Part shown: piece after piece, positions 21,334-30,446 of the stretch
How the letters are laid out: each line of letters begins with the position of its first letter
How positions within the stretch are numbered: the first letter of the stretch is position 1
Source of the DNA: an uncultured Nitrospiraceae bacterium
GTDB taxonomy: Bacteria > Nitrospirota > UBA9217
Reading direction: 5' to 3'
Assembly (NCBI GenBank): GCA_964586075.1
Contig: CAZPGZ010000001.1
Span: forward strand, 149,099-213,098
Length of the DNA stretch: 64,000 bases
Translations under genes and position numbers: made by a program
The notes under the pieces: model-generated
Seen by the model: only the letters and a program-made list of their open reading frames with translations
The model's database searches: none
Told to the model about the DNA's origin: nothing

Positions 21334-21370
21334 AAAGGGCTGTCCGAATCCGGGCGGCCCTTTTGTTGTT
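21334..21370. terminator. Probable bidirectional terminator between the convergent dksA and radical-SAM genes
   Basis: Hairpin AAAGGGC-(16 nt)-GCCCTTT, followed by TTTTGTTGTT. Confidence 0.4.
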
Positions 21371-21393
21371 CAGGGACAGACCGGGAGCTCCGG

Positions 21394-22149
21394 TCAGAGT
21401 ATCCGGCAGGGAATGCCCGCCTGTTCAAACTGTATTTTCAACTCCTCGCTTTTCAGGCGGTAGAATTCCCTCTGCATCGCCTTCTGCAGCCCCTGCTTTT
21501 TATACACCCAATCCGCGTAATGATAATTCATCCTGTCAACAAGCACGGACGTCACGTGTCCCTTCAGCAATTCAGGCAGGCCTTCAACACCGGGCAGCAT
21601 CGGTGCGATCATCACAAACGTAGTGATCCCTTCCCGGCGAAGCGCAACCAATGCCTCCACTCTTTTCCGTATCAGCGGAGCCCGGGGTTCAAAAACCTTT
21701 CGTATTGCTTCGTCCGCCGTGGCAATGGAAAACCCGACTTCGCAATCGCCGGATTTCTTCAGGATATCGATGTCCCTGCACACCAGAGGGGATTTGGTCT
21801 GCACGACAATGGGCCAGTGGTTTTCAACGAGGATTTCAAGACACTTTCTGGTAAGTTGATATTTCTCTTCCAGGGGCTGGTAGGCATCGCAGACGCCGCT
21901 TATCCAGACGGTTCCCGGTTTCTTGGTTTTTACCTCTTTTGCCAGCAGGTCCGGGGCATTTATTTTTGCGTCTACAAAATCTCCCCAGGCTTCCGGGTGC
22001 CCTGTGTACCGCTTCATAAACCGCGCGTAGCAGTACGTGCACGCGTGCTCACAGCCGATATAGGCATTCAAGGCGTAGTCATTGATCTTTGATTTTGACA
22101 GGATGCCCTTTGCCTTGACTTCTTTGACGATCATTTTTCCAAGGTCCAC
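21394..22149 (-). CDS. Radical SAM protein (SplB / COG1533-like)
   Basis: CEHACTYC (CxxxCxxC) cluster motif near the N-terminus. Confidence 0.75.
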   Translation of the reverse strand: MDLGKMIVKEVKAKGILSKSKINDYALNAYIGCEHACTYCYARFMKRYTGHPEAWGDFVDAKINAPDLLAKEVKTKKPGTVWISGVCDAYQPLEEKYQLTRKCLEILVENHWPIVVQTKSPLVCRDIDILKKSGDCEVGFSIATADEAIRKVFEPRAPLIRKRVEALVALRREGITTFVMIAPMLPGVEGLPELLKGHVTSVLVDRMNYHYADWVYKKQGLQKAMQREFYRLKSEELKIQFEQAGIPCRIL

Positions 22150-22185
22150 TTGTTCCGCCGCGAAGACTGGACGCGCCGCACGCGG

Positions 22186-23328
22186 CTATCGAGCGGCCTG
22201 CCCGCCGGCATGAACGGTTTGAAGAACAAAACGGCCTTCGTTGTCCACCCGGTATAAACCGTGCAGGTCATTCATCACGTCGCCTTTATAATTGAAGTAC
22301 TGCTTGCCCGTGAGCGCGCCGGTATTGAAATAACTGCGGTGCAGATAATCCGAAACCAGGTCCGGGTCTGTTGACTGCACTTTCGCGATGCCTTCCATAA
22401 CGGCGATCATGGCATCGCCGGCAAAGAGGGCGAAAATCGAGGACAGCTTTGTGCCGTAGGTTTTTTGGTAACGGTCGAGAAATGTTTTTGTTCTCGGAGA
22501 AGAAAGGTCTTCAGGCGCCGGATGGCTGATAAAATAAAAACCTGCCGCGGCTTTTTTCCCGGCGATTTCGACAAGGTCGCTGTTATTGGCCCCGTCCCCG
22601 CCCATGAAAGGCACTGTCCAATTCAGCCGGCTGCGGGCCGAAAGAAGTTTCGCGGCTTCGGGATAATAGCCGGCAAAAAAGACCAGTTCCGGACCTGCTG
22701 CCTTCACGTGCTCCACGAGCGAAAGATAATCCGGCGGACCGACTTTCAGCTGCCCGTCATACACGACATCGATCATCCAGTTGAACAGCTCTTTGCGCAC
22801 CGCATCGGCCAGATCCTGTCCATAGAGGCTGCCGTCATGAATCAGGGCCGCCTTTTTAATATTCATCTTCCGGATGCTCTTTATCACTGCCTTTGCCTGG
22901 TCGTTGTTCTGGGGGCAGGTGCGGAAAAAATATTTATACCCCTTTTCCGTCAGCGGCATCGCCGTGGCGGCGTGTGATATATGGATGATTTTGCGGTCGT
23001 TGAAGACGGGTTGCAGGGCTTCCGTAATGGTCGAGGTCTGGGTACCGATGACGGCAACGGGGTTCCGGAGAAGCATTTTTTTCGCCGCTGTCAGCGCAGC
23101 CTTCGGGCTGCCGCCGTCGTCTTCGAAGAATAATTCAATGTTCCGTCCAAGCAGCCCGCCCTGGTCGTTAATGTCCGCGGCAAGCAGCGTCAGTACCTGC
23201 GTTGCTTCCTTGCTTGCGTCCGCAAAGCTGCCGGTCATGGGGCCGATAAAGCCTATTCGCAGCGGTTCCGCGGCCCAGCCGGTATGCACACCCAGAAGCA
23301 GCACCAGAACGCAGAATATTTTTTTCAT
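22186..23328 (-). CDS. ABC transporter substrate-binding protein, branched-chain amino acid (LivK) family
   Basis: Signal peptide plus a type I periplasmic binding fold (LRIGFIGPMTGSFA...). No cognate permease or ATPase genes are adjacent. Confidence 0.8.
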   Translation of the reverse strand: MKKIFCVLVLLLGVHTGWAAEPLRIGFIGPMTGSFADASKEATQVLTLLAADINDQGGLLGRNIELFFEDDGGSPKAALTAAKKMLLRNPVAVIGTQTSTITEALQPVFNDRKIIHISHAATAMPLTEKGYKYFFRTCPQNNDQAKAVIKSIRKMNIKKAALIHDGSLYGQDLADAVRKELFNWMIDVVYDGQLKVGPPDYLSLVEHVKAAGPELVFFAGYYPEAAKLLSARSRLNWTVPFMGGDGANNSDLVEIAGKKAAAGFYFISHPAPEDLSSPRTKTFLDRYQKTYGTKLSSIFALFAGDAMIAVMEGIAKVQSTDPDLVSDYLHRSYFNTGALTGKQYFNYKGDVMNDLHGLYRVDNEGRFVLQTVHAGGQAAR

Positions 23329-23359
23329 TTTCCACTCCTCACTCGCTGTCCCTGTTTTG

Positions 23360-24688
23360 TCACGGCTGGACCGTCTCCAAAAGCCGGTAAAACTCCCGCC
23401 TCACTGCTTCGTCATTCAGAATCCCGACGTGGGTCGTATCGAATCCGTATGTCTTGATGGCTTTCATGTGAATCCGCGAATCGAGCTGGCTCTTCAGGGC
23501 AATCACCCCGTCGCCGCTGGCCCCGGACCGGTTCCGATAGCTGAAAAACATGTAAAAGGGTAGGTTCTGCGGAGTTTCCTGCTGGTACAGCCGTGTCAGA
23601 AATACGCTCTCTGTCGCGACATCGCGCCAGGAAGGGACCACAACAGGCGCCGATTTGAGGCCGCTGTTCGCGTCCTCCACGCCGCCGTATGGCGACGACA
23701 TCGAAATATACATCTTCAGATAAGCCGGCTTGTCACGCTTGCTCAGCGTGTCGATGGCCGACCGCGCCACGAGGCCGCCCATGCTGTGCGCGACAATAAC
23801 CAGCCGGTTAATAGTATGTCTGCTGTTCCTTTCGATAATGGAATTGGCCAGATGCGATTCGAGCTGCGCCAAGGGCAGGCCGGAGGGGTAGTAGTAAAAC
23901 CAGGGCTGAAAGCGGCTGCGGTCCAGACCGTCCACTATATACTTCCAGTCCTGCGGCGTTCCTTCCATGCCGTGCACAAACAGAACAACTGTTTTCTTGG
24001 CATCATACTCTTCCAATGAGAATATCGACCCCTGGGTATGGGTCAGCAGCTGTGTGGGACGGTAGACTCCCATGGTGCCGTACCGGGAATCAAAGAAATC
24101 ATCATCGAGGGAAGTATATTTATAGCTGTTCACCGTCACTTTCGTATTAACCGGAATCTCCGCTTTTTTGGTGACGTTGAAATCGAGCTTGACTTCCGGG
24201 CCGAGCACCGTGATACCGTCGATGGTCAAGGAACGATTGACAGCAGCCCGCTTCCCCACCGGTGTCCACCCGATCATTTCCTGAGATTCGAAGTAATTGT
24301 TGTTGTTCAGATCGACAAAGGCCAGAAGATCGTACTCTCCTTCCGGCAGGAAGAGCGAGTAAAACGTGGCAGGGCTTCGAAGGATGCGGGTAGCGACAAT
24401 TTCGCGCTGCGCATACCGGTCAGACACCGCGACAATCAGCACCGGGCCGTTGTAGGGACGGTTCATCAAAATTCTGCCGCTCAGATAGAAGCAGTCTTCC
24501 GGATACAGTTCCCGTCTTGCTTCCAGACTGGGATGAGATTGAAATGAGGATTCCAGGGATTTATGCCTTCCCATGAAGGCGAGGTAATCGGTCGCGGCGC
24601 CGCATCCGGATAGCACTATCACCAGCAGTATTAAGAGCGCCGAAACCGTCAGCAATTTATGTTTGGTGTTCAGCCAAATATAACCCAA
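23360..24688 (-). CDS. Alpha/beta-hydrolase lipoprotein (lipase/esterase-like)
   Basis: Lipobox LSGC, plus VVLFVHGMEG and the nucleophile-elbow motif AHSMGG. Confidence 0.7.
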   Translation of the reverse strand: MGYIWLNTKHKLLTVSALLILLVIVLSGCGAATDYLAFMGRHKSLESSFQSHPSLEARRELYPEDCFYLSGRILMNRPYNGPVLIVAVSDRYAQREIVATRILRSPATFYSLFLPEGEYDLLAFVDLNNNNYFESQEMIGWTPVGKRAAVNRSLTIDGITVLGPEVKLDFNVTKKAEIPVNTKVTVNSYKYTSLDDDFFDSRYGTMGVYRPTQLLTHTQGSIFSLEEYDAKKTVVLFVHGMEGTPQDWKYIVDGLDRSRFQPWFYYYPSGLPLAQLESHLANSIIERNSRHTINRLVIVAHSMGGLVARSAIDTLSKRDKPAYLKMYISMSSPYGGVEDANSGLKSAPVVVPSWRDVATESVFLTRLYQQETPQNLPFYMFFSYRNRSGASGDGVIALKSQLDSRIHMKAIKTYGFDTTHVGILNDEAVRREFYRLLETVQP

Positions 24689-24962
24689 AATAGGCCCTCC
24701 CTGTAAACGCTGAAGACTTGCAGCACGGTGTTAAACTGACGGAAGATTATACCCTTGTTTTCATATTGCAATCAAGTTCTTGTTTTGTACAAGTGCTGTT
24801 TTGTTCTTTGAAAACAGTCTGAATCCGAAGAAAAAATTCTTGCCCCCTTCGCGAAAGTATAGTAACCTCACTCCATTGGGAGGAACTTCAGCTCAGAGGT
24901 TTTCCCATCTCACCTTGCATCCTCCTGACGATTAAATAGAACAACAGTTGAGGAAAAATATT

Positions 24963-25790
24963 ATGATTACGAACATGCCAAGGACTCTTTCGGCTGGTTT
25001 GTTATTCGCGGCACTCGCCATGGTTCTTTGCATACCCGTGGCCGGGGCGCAGGCGGGAGGGGCAAAAGCAATGACCATTTATCAGATGACCTGGGAAGGC
25101 GATAACGTCGAAGGGGAGCTTTATATCAATGATTTTTTCATCAACAACTTCAGCGGCGCGCAAGCCTTCGGCGGCCTGCCCCTGAACCCCTATCTCGTGG
25201 GAGAAAACGAAGTGCGGGCCGAAGTGCGCAAAAAAAACACTACAAAGCCGGCGCAGCTGACGATCAATGTGTCCGCGATGACCCAGGGAGAGATCGCTGC
25301 GAGCAACCAGCCCGGAAGCGTGACCTCGCTTGAAATTAAAGACGCTGAATTAAAACCCGCCACTACGGTCAAGGCCGTCAAAAAATTCAGCGCTCCCCTG
25401 GATTTCAGCAGCCATCTGCGCCCGACCGGAACTGCCAGCGGGAAAGAAGCGACTGAATACACCAAAATGATTTACGAGCTTTTCAGGGCGAAGAAGATCG
25501 AGGCTCTCATGAAGGAATTAGAGGTCAAGATCAGCGACTACGCAGCCGCCTACCCGGGGCATGATTTTGCAACGGAATTCCGGTCCGTTCTCACCGATAT
25601 GCTTCGGGGAAAACTCGCGCCGATCGATCTCAATCAACTGAGGGCCAGAAAAGCCGGCCCCGGCGGCAAAGTGTGGCAGATCCTCGAAGGGAAAAAAGAA
25701 TTGATCCGCATAATCGCCCCCGACGGTTCCGAAAGCGACATGGCCGTCTACGTTGGTGTGATCGATAGGAAACTGAAGGTCGTACGGTAG
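24963..25790 (+). CDS. Secreted hypothetical protein
   Basis: Signal peptide (LLFAALAMVLCIPVAGAQA) with a GAGG RBS before the ATG at 24963. Confidence 0.5.
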   Translation: MITNMPRTLSAGLLFAALAMVLCIPVAGAQAGGAKAMTIYQMTWEGDNVEGELYINDFFINNFSGAQAFGGLPLNPYLVGENEVRAEVRKKNTTKPAQLTINVSAMTQGEIAASNQPGSVTSLEIKDAELKPATTVKAVKKFSAPLDFSSHLRPTGTASGKEATEYTKMIYELFRAKKIEALMKELEVKISDYAAAYPGHDFATEFRSVLTDMLRGKLAPIDLNQLRARKAGPGGKVWQILEGKKELIRIIAPDGSESDMAVYVGVIDRKLKVVR

Positions 25791-25850
25791 CCAAGGACAA
25801 TTTTCTGCATGCACGAGGACTTAAAAGGACACTTAGGACACAACGTCCCC

Positions 25851-27788
25851 AAAGATTCCCCTCGGCTGAAATAACGTTCTCTGTGTTTACTCTACTTTTT
25901 ATTTATAGACGTAAAATAAGGGCTGAGAGGATTATCCCTACCAAATAATAGATGTTTATAGGTATTACTAGAACACTCTATGCTGCCACAATTCAAATTT
26001 TCTAAATAGGCCTTTTCATGTAACTGCAGCATTCTTAATGATGTTTCAATGCTTAACCGCACGCTAATCTTATCACTTAATCTAATCAAAGCATTCATAA
26101 GAATATCGAAATATGTATGGAGGTTTTCAACAAGTGTATTTAAATACGGCAAAGCTGAAGCGGAGTGAACTATTTGGTTTCTAGTCGTATAAATTCTTTG
26201 AATATGCCACGCTACCCGTTGACGGTGAGAGGAAATAGTTTCCTTGATTATTTCTGGTTTGTGAAATTTTTCATGACACCAATAGCATCGATTCTTCAAA
26301 AGTGGGTGTTTTTCTAATAAACCGTAAATGTGCAATCTGCAATCTTTCAAATCTGATGAAATGAGAAGACAAATGGATTTATCGAAAAAATTACCTTCCA
26401 CTGGAAGCTCTTCTATATAATTGCGTACAGAATAACCACCATGAAATAGATTTTCGCTTGTATCCTTAAATATTTTTTCAACATACGTTAGTGTAAGTGA
26501 AGGCAATAAATAGTTAAGGTATTGAGTAATTCTTGCCTGTCCATCATCTTCTCTTGGAGGTGGCAAAAAGCCTTCGAGTGCTGCCCATAAACTTACAAGT
26601 TGGTTTTCCGGAGCTACCCCCTCGATTGCTGTCCGGTGATAATCCATTGCCTTTACAAATAAATTTATAGAAGACTCGTCGAATTTACCTTTACCAAGCG
26701 TTTCTATAGTTTCATCAAAGTTTCCAACAAACTTGGCCCTTGTTACTGTGCCACGCTCCATAGGTGCGGGTGGTGATTTAACAACAAAATATTCCTCCTC
26801 ACCATCCCTTTTTACAACACAATTTTGCAACCACGTTGGCTTTCGGTGATGATCATAAAAGCGGTAGATATCGGCAAGCAATTCAATAGATGAGTTTGCT
26901 AATTGACGTGCTATAAACCTGTCTTTTGTTTTGATTTTATCAAATATGATATATTGCGTGTATTGTTCATTTATTCCTAGCAAACCATGCAGGTGTTTCC
27001 TAGATTCTATTTCACTCGGTAACGTATCCAATATTTTAACATCAAGGTTTTCCGCGACCTTTTTAAGTTGACTAAATTCCGCTGATCCTCTAAATATAAT
27101 TTTCCAGGAAATATCCTTTCCTTCAAAAATATCTAAAAATGCTTTTATCTGAGAATGCGAATTTATTTTCCTGGGTAGTGCGGTCCAATTAAAAAAATAA
27201 TTAAGCGTCATAAAGTACAGAAATTGTTTGCTATAACCTCGTAGTTCAATTTCAGCGGTTAAAGCTACTGCCAGTTCTGTGAGCTTTTTTTTCTCATTCG
27301 GATACGCTACGGTCTGCTCAATCTTTCTTCTTAACAAGTACCAATACTTATCTGCAATTTCCGTAAGGAGTGCTCTAGTCGTTGCTCTCAAATCCTCCGG
27401 ATTTTTTGTAAGTTCTTTGAGGTTTTTCAAATATTGCGTACTCAGTTCGGGCATATCTTCTTTAATGATAGGATCGTTCTTAAATCGATTTTCAAGTTCC
27501 TCTACAACTGGATTAAGAGCAGCGGGCTTGACTCGCCCTTTAATTAATTCTGATGCCAGCAAATTTAGCTCTAGAATATTTGTGTGCGTATTCAATGCGG
27601 GAGCCTTGAAAGAGTCAATCGTGTGATGAAATAATAATTCCTCTAATATCTGCGCAAAAAATAGCAAACCCATAGAAGCATCACTCAAATCCCATTTATA
27701 AAGACGCGGCTTAATCATATATGATTTCTCCTTTTTTCAGACCTACTTGGAGATACTGAGGCATTTAAGAAGCGCTTTGGGGACGTTG
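25851..27788. mobile_element. AT-rich cassette of about 1.94 kb bounded by 14-bp perfect inverted repeats (CTTTGGGGACGTTG). No transposase is present.
   Basis: Left copy CAACGTCCCCAAAG at 25851-64. Right copy CTTTGGGGACGTTG at 27775-88, plus an imperfect tandem copy at 27799-813. GC content is visibly much lower than the flanks. Confidence 0.35.
25892..27718 (-). CDS. Large hypothetical protein with a C-terminal HEPN-type Rx4H motif (RNQIVH), proposed here as a candidate abortive-infection or defence RNase
   Basis: 608 aa filling the AT-rich cassette. The motif ...IYTTRNQIVHSASALPYLNTLVENL is HEPN-like (R-x4-H). A CYWCHEKFH Cys/His cluster sits just upstream of it. Confidence 0.55.
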   Translation of the reverse strand: MIKPRLYKWDLSDASMGLLFFAQILEELLFHHTIDSFKAPALNTHTNILELNLLASELIKGRVKPAALNPVVEELENRFKNDPIIKEDMPELSTQYLKNLKELTKNPEDLRATTRALLTEIADKYWYLLRRKIEQTVAYPNEKKKLTELAVALTAEIELRGYSKQFLYFMTLNYFFNWTALPRKINSHSQIKAFLDIFEGKDISWKIIFRGSAEFSQLKKVAENLDVKILDTLPSEIESRKHLHGLLGINEQYTQYIIFDKIKTKDRFIARQLANSSIELLADIYRFYDHHRKPTWLQNCVVKRDGEEEYFVVKSPPAPMERGTVTRAKFVGNFDETIETLGKGKFDESSINLFVKAMDYHRTAIEGVAPENQLVSLWAALEGFLPPPREDDGQARITQYLNYLLPSLTLTYVEKIFKDTSENLFHGGYSVRNYIEELPVEGNFFDKSICLLISSDLKDCRLHIYGLLEKHPLLKNRCYWCHEKFHKPEIIKETISSHRQRVAWHIQRIYTTRNQIVHSASALPYLNTLVENLHTYFDILMNALIRLSDKISVRLSIETSLRMLQLHEKAYLENLNCGSIECSSNTYKHLLFGRDNPLSPYFTSINKK

Positions 27789-27878
27789 ATGCAGGGTGCT
27801 TTAGGGACGTTGTTACTTACGTTACTTCCCTTTTTTCTATGACCAGCTTCAGGGCGTTGATGCGTCTGATGTTTTTAG

Positions 27879-28142
27879 GTGCCCAGGTATATTTTCTCTC
27901 GAACGGTTTTAGATATGCAGGCGTCACGCGTTCGGCTCTGGGTGGTGCGAAACGATGCGATTTCGAAGGCTATCGTGGAAGGATGGCTTGATTATATGTA
28001 TATGCGGACATCTTGTCAAGGGAGGTGCTGCAAGATGTCCTTTGGGGTCACCCATTTGAAAGCACTCTACCAAGTGAAAAAGCTCCACCTTGAGACGAGA
28101 AAAGAGCCCTCGGGGCGTTTAGGGTCGGACTTGAATCTGTAG
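27879..28142 (+). CDS. Hypothetical 87-aa ORF
   Basis: ORF spanning the junction of the X and Y repeats. It has no recognisable domain. Confidence 0.15.
   Translation: MPRYIFSRTVLDMQASRVRLWVVRNDAISKAIVEGWLDYMYMRTSCQGRCCKMSFGVTHLKALYQVKKLHLETRKEPSGRLGSDLNL
27969..28025. repeat. Repeat X1 (about 57 bp, about 75% identical to X2 at 30390..30446)
   Basis: GCTATCGTGGAAGG...TTGA.TATA...CTGTCAAG.AGG is shared with 30390..30446. Confidence 0.45.
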
Positions 28143-28180
28143 TTATTGACAATCCTGAAGCAACCTACGCTGTGTCCCAC
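28124..28180. repeat. Repeat Y1 (57 bp, one mismatch to Y2)
   Basis: GTCGGACTTGAATCTGTAGTTATTGACAATCCTGAAGCAACCTACGCTGTGTCCCAC. Confidence 0.8.
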
Positions 28181-28255
28181 GAGGCCTCTGGGGTCAAAAT
28201 CTTTATTGCCAGCATCACTGCCATCGGAAAAGCATTGGCCCTCATTACTCCGCTG

Positions 28256-28732
28256 TCAGATACTTTTGAAAACGGTTGTAATGTACGGATTAAACCCCAT
28301 CTTCCGCCAGAATGCCGTGGAAGTCTCATTGGCCACGACGACGCGAAGTTCTATCCGGTGAACGCCATGGCCCACAAACCATGTCTGTACCGCGCGGAAT
28401 AGGCTCTCGCCGATGCCGTTTCTCCGGCACCTCTCGGTCACGGCAAGATCGCACACCATTCCATACTCCTGGTTCTCGAACACCGGCGGATGCTTGGCCA
28501 ATGCCGCCAAGCAGTAACCAACGGCTTCTCCATCCTGCTCGGCGACCAGAACACACGAGGTCTCTGACATCATGTGACCGGAGATAAACTCCTTGAACCG
28601 CTCATGGCCGTCGGCTGCGCGGGTAAAATGGGGATCGCGCTTCTTATGGAAATCAACGAACTCTTTCCAGAGCTCCTCGATAGCCGGTAGATCGGCACTC
28701 ATTGCTTTCCTTATTAATGTATGACTTTTCAT
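28256..28732 (-). CDS. GNAT-family N-acetyltransferase
   Basis: 158 aa acetyl-CoA-binding fold (...RRNGIGESLFRAV...). Confidence 0.85.
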   Translation of the reverse strand: MKSHTLIRKAMSADLPAIEELWKEFVDFHKKRDPHFTRAADGHERFKEFISGHMMSETSCVLVAEQDGEAVGYCLAALAKHPPVFENQEYGMVCDLAVTERCRRNGIGESLFRAVQTWFVGHGVHRIELRVVVANETSTAFWRKMGFNPYITTVFKSI

Positions 28733-28756
28733 TCATCGTCCTTGAGGGTGTATAAA

Positions 28757-28813
28757 GTCAGACTTGAATCTGTAGTTATTGACAATCCTGAAGCAACCTA
28801 CGCTGTGTCCCAC
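28757..28813. repeat. Repeat Y2 (57 bp direct repeat of Y1)
   Basis: Identical to Y1 except for one base. It also causes the duplicated MTILKQPTLCPT shadow ORFs. Confidence 0.8.
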
Positions 28814-28850
28814 ATGCCTTATTCATTTTGCAGCGCTCGCTCCGTCACCA

Positions 28851-29276
28851 CTAATAAGGCTCAATCTTATACTTCTCCTTTTTCACCGTCTCATCCTCAA
28901 CCTTAAGTTCGTAATAAGTCCCTCCAATACCTCCGACACGTTCATGCCTGACAACATAGGTTTTTCCAGCCTCGACAATGAAATCCAGCTTCCGCTCAAA
29001 ACTCTGATACCCCCGAAGCCAGACATACACAACGATTGAGTGCTTGCCCGGCAAAAATTCTATTTGCCCGCTGCCGTCCCAGAGGCTGCCGTAAAAATTC
29101 CCCCGCCTTACGCCGTCGACCTCCTTGATGCGAACTGTTTCTGAGGTATCAATGCCACCGGGAATCTTCAAGAGGCCGATTTTTTCCGGAGGCAGGGCAT
29201 CGCCCTGATATATCCGATACGTCGCGCCACAGGAGGTGAGCGATACGAAAAGCAGGACAAGAACTGCTGTGTGCAT
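28851..29276 (-). CDS. Hypothetical lipoprotein
   Basis: Signal peptide with a lipobox (VLVLLFVSLTSCG) from the ATG at 29276. The track start adds 27 aa. Confidence 0.5.
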   Translation of the reverse strand: MHTAVLVLLFVSLTSCGATYRIYQGDALPPEKIGLLKIPGGIDTSETVRIKEVDGVRRGNFYGSLWDGSGQIEFLPGKHSIVVYVWLRGYQSFERKLDFIVEAGKTYVVRHERVGGIGGTYYELKVEDETVKKEKYKIEPY

Positions 29277-29379
29277 GTTGTGTGCGAGAAATCTGTTGCC
29301 TATTTTTATTATCCGAGTCAGTCTGATTTCCATACCATGACCCCTTTGCAGGAACAAACAGCATTATGAAAGGATTTAT

Positions 29380-30339
29380 CTATTTGCTGTTCTTCACAGC
29401 GCGAACAGCTGCCTGCTTCAGATCATCACTGGAGCTCGTGCGGATGATTTCGTTCGCGCCGGCCACAGAGAGGGCTGAGTTCACCAGAACATTGTACAGT
29501 ATCTCTGACGGATTCAGCTCGACCCGCTTGATTGTTCCTTTTTGCTGGCCCTCGTTTGCTTTTATCTTTGCGATGACATCGCTCCCACCCAGAGGATATC
29601 CGACGGCAAATACCGTCATCTGGCCGGAAGCCATCGGTGTTCTCGTTTTCAAGGTCGAATGCTCTTCTCCTTTGGCAAGCACTTTTTCCCCGGCCTTGAT
29701 GGCAATGGTCACAAAATAGCCTTCTGATAATGCTTCGTTAAACCTGTTATACCTTGTCTCACTTTCCACGGACATGTCCGGTTCGCGGGTCAGCTGTTTT
29801 TGAACAACGGGGTCCAGCAGTCCGAGACGGACGCGCGCAATCCTGCCGACTACGTCCTGCGTTCGGGAAATCTGACCAAGCAGCTCAGGATTGCTCAGCC
29901 GTGCGGCAGCGATGCAGCGCACTTCTATTAACGCGTCATTCCGGACAGCCTGCTGAATGGTTTGTTGATCTCTGATCTCGCGGAAGGCAACGAGGCGGAT
30001 GAGAGGATTTTCACTTTTGAACAATTCCGACAGCTGTTGTTCCGCGGCTGTCCTGACGCGGGCGTCCTTGTCTTGCCGGCTTAACCGGCCCAGGTCTCCA
30101 CCTGATGTATTCAGTCTTTTGACGATGTCATTTTTGTCCCAGAAACTCAGAGACCGTATCCAATAGCGCTCACCCAGAGAGCGGATACTTTCGGCCTCTT
30201 TCCTGATTCCCTTCAGCCGATCATCAGGATCATCGCTTTGCATAAGCGGCACCGAGGAGCAGGCTTGAGCCATTACCAGAAGCATGATAATAAACAGCGG
30301 GAAAAATGTTCGGAATCGCGCGGTCAGGTCTTGTGTCAT
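29380..30339 (-). CDS. Hypothetical lipoprotein, helical-repeat (HEAT-like) region
   Basis: Lipobox (MAQACSS) and repetitive alpha-helical content. Confidence 0.55.
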   Translation of the reverse strand: MTQDLTARFRTFFPLFIIMLLVMAQACSSVPLMQSDDPDDRLKGIRKEAESIRSLGERYWIRSLSFWDKNDIVKRLNTSGGDLGRLSRQDKDARVRTAAEQQLSELFKSENPLIRLVAFREIRDQQTIQQAVRNDALIEVRCIAAARLSNPELLGQISRTQDVVGRIARVRLGLLDPVVQKQLTREPDMSVESETRYNRFNEALSEGYFVTIAIKAGEKVLAKGEEHSTLKTRTPMASGQMTVFAVGYPLGGSDVIAKIKANEGQQKGTIKRVELNPSEILYNVLVNSALSVAGANEIIRTSSSDDLKQAAVRAVKNSK

Positions 30340-30389
30340 GGCAATATCCTCTTTTGGCGCTGGGGTAAATATTTTTTTTGAGAATGGGA

Positions 30390-30446
30390 GCTATCGTGGA
30401 AGGCTGATTTGAGTATAGGGATAAGTCGACACCCTGTCAAGAAGGA
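30390..30446. repeat. Repeat X2 (partner of X1)
   Basis: See X1. Confidence 0.45.

Noticed and set aside
28124-28813. Y repeats as integron attC sites
   Set aside because: I found no GTTRRRY core or R''/L''-L'/R' attC architecture, there is no intI in the window, and the X, Y and Z repeats are unrelated to each other, unlike attC arrays. The cassette-like reading is therefore kept only as a hypothesis.
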